Shown: positions 63,778-64,000 of the stretch, piece by piece
Layout: each line of letters starts with the position of its first letter
How positions within the stretch are numbered: position 1 is the first letter of the stretch
Source: Heteronotia binoei
Lineage: Eukaryota
NCBI RefSeq assembly: GCF_032191835.1
Contig: NC_083232.1
Span: forward strand, 62,496,001 to 62,560,000
Reading direction: 5' to 3'
Length of the DNA stretch: 64,000 nt
The notes under the pieces: generated by a model
Database searches by the model: none
Seen by the model: the letters and a program-made list of their open reading frames with translations, nothing else
Told to the model about the DNA's origin: nothing
Made by a program: the position numbers and the translations under genes

Positions 63778-64000
63778 ATCTAGTTCTTTGGGTTTGTTGG
63801 TGCTGTTTGCTTTGGGAGGCTTTTGGCCAGTGTTTGTTTATTATGCTTTTGAGTGTTTGGTAATTCCCTAGAGAAAGCTTGAAATTTCTCCTCCCCCTTC
63901 TCCAGCAATAGTTAATAATAGGACACCTTGTTGAAGAGCTGATAAAACTGAACATCTTGATCCAATTCACTTGAATTTTAGTGGCTATTTACTAGACAGG

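Overview
Vertebrate (squamate, most likely gecko) genomic DNA, almost entirely intronic. The one confidently host-owned coding exon is a 143-nt exon of ZNF385D on the minus strand (53179-53321, GGTCQSPALP...NLFPNFNA, AG/GT boundaries). The flanking ZNF385D exons were not found, so the window is probably two large ZNF385D introns. The rest is AT-rich intron with CR1, L2 and RTE LINE remnants, tRNA-, MIR- and 5S-derived SINEs, a solo LTR, Penelope-like fragments and many non-autonomous hAT elements with 8-bp TSDs. There is one 135-N gap (49221-49355). The main observation is two copies of one hAT-type element (11912-12835 and 48578-49134). They share ~66-bp left and ~85-bp right ends, have CAGTGGCGTAG-type TIRs and each has its own 8-bp TSD, but they carry unrelated GC/CpG-rich cargo. 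One holds the promoter, 5'UTR, intact coding exon 1 and splice donor of RAB28. The other holds a first-exon-like ORF resembling a signal peptide. This looks like a Pack-hAT family moving CpG-island first exons. The RAB28 cargo is co-oriented with ZNF385D and ends in the same phase (0) as the ZNF385D exon, so an in-frame RAB28-ZNF385D chimera is possible. A third, different hAT element (44409-45804) also has a CpG-rich interior. Repeat family names and human gene comparisons are from recall, not database searches.
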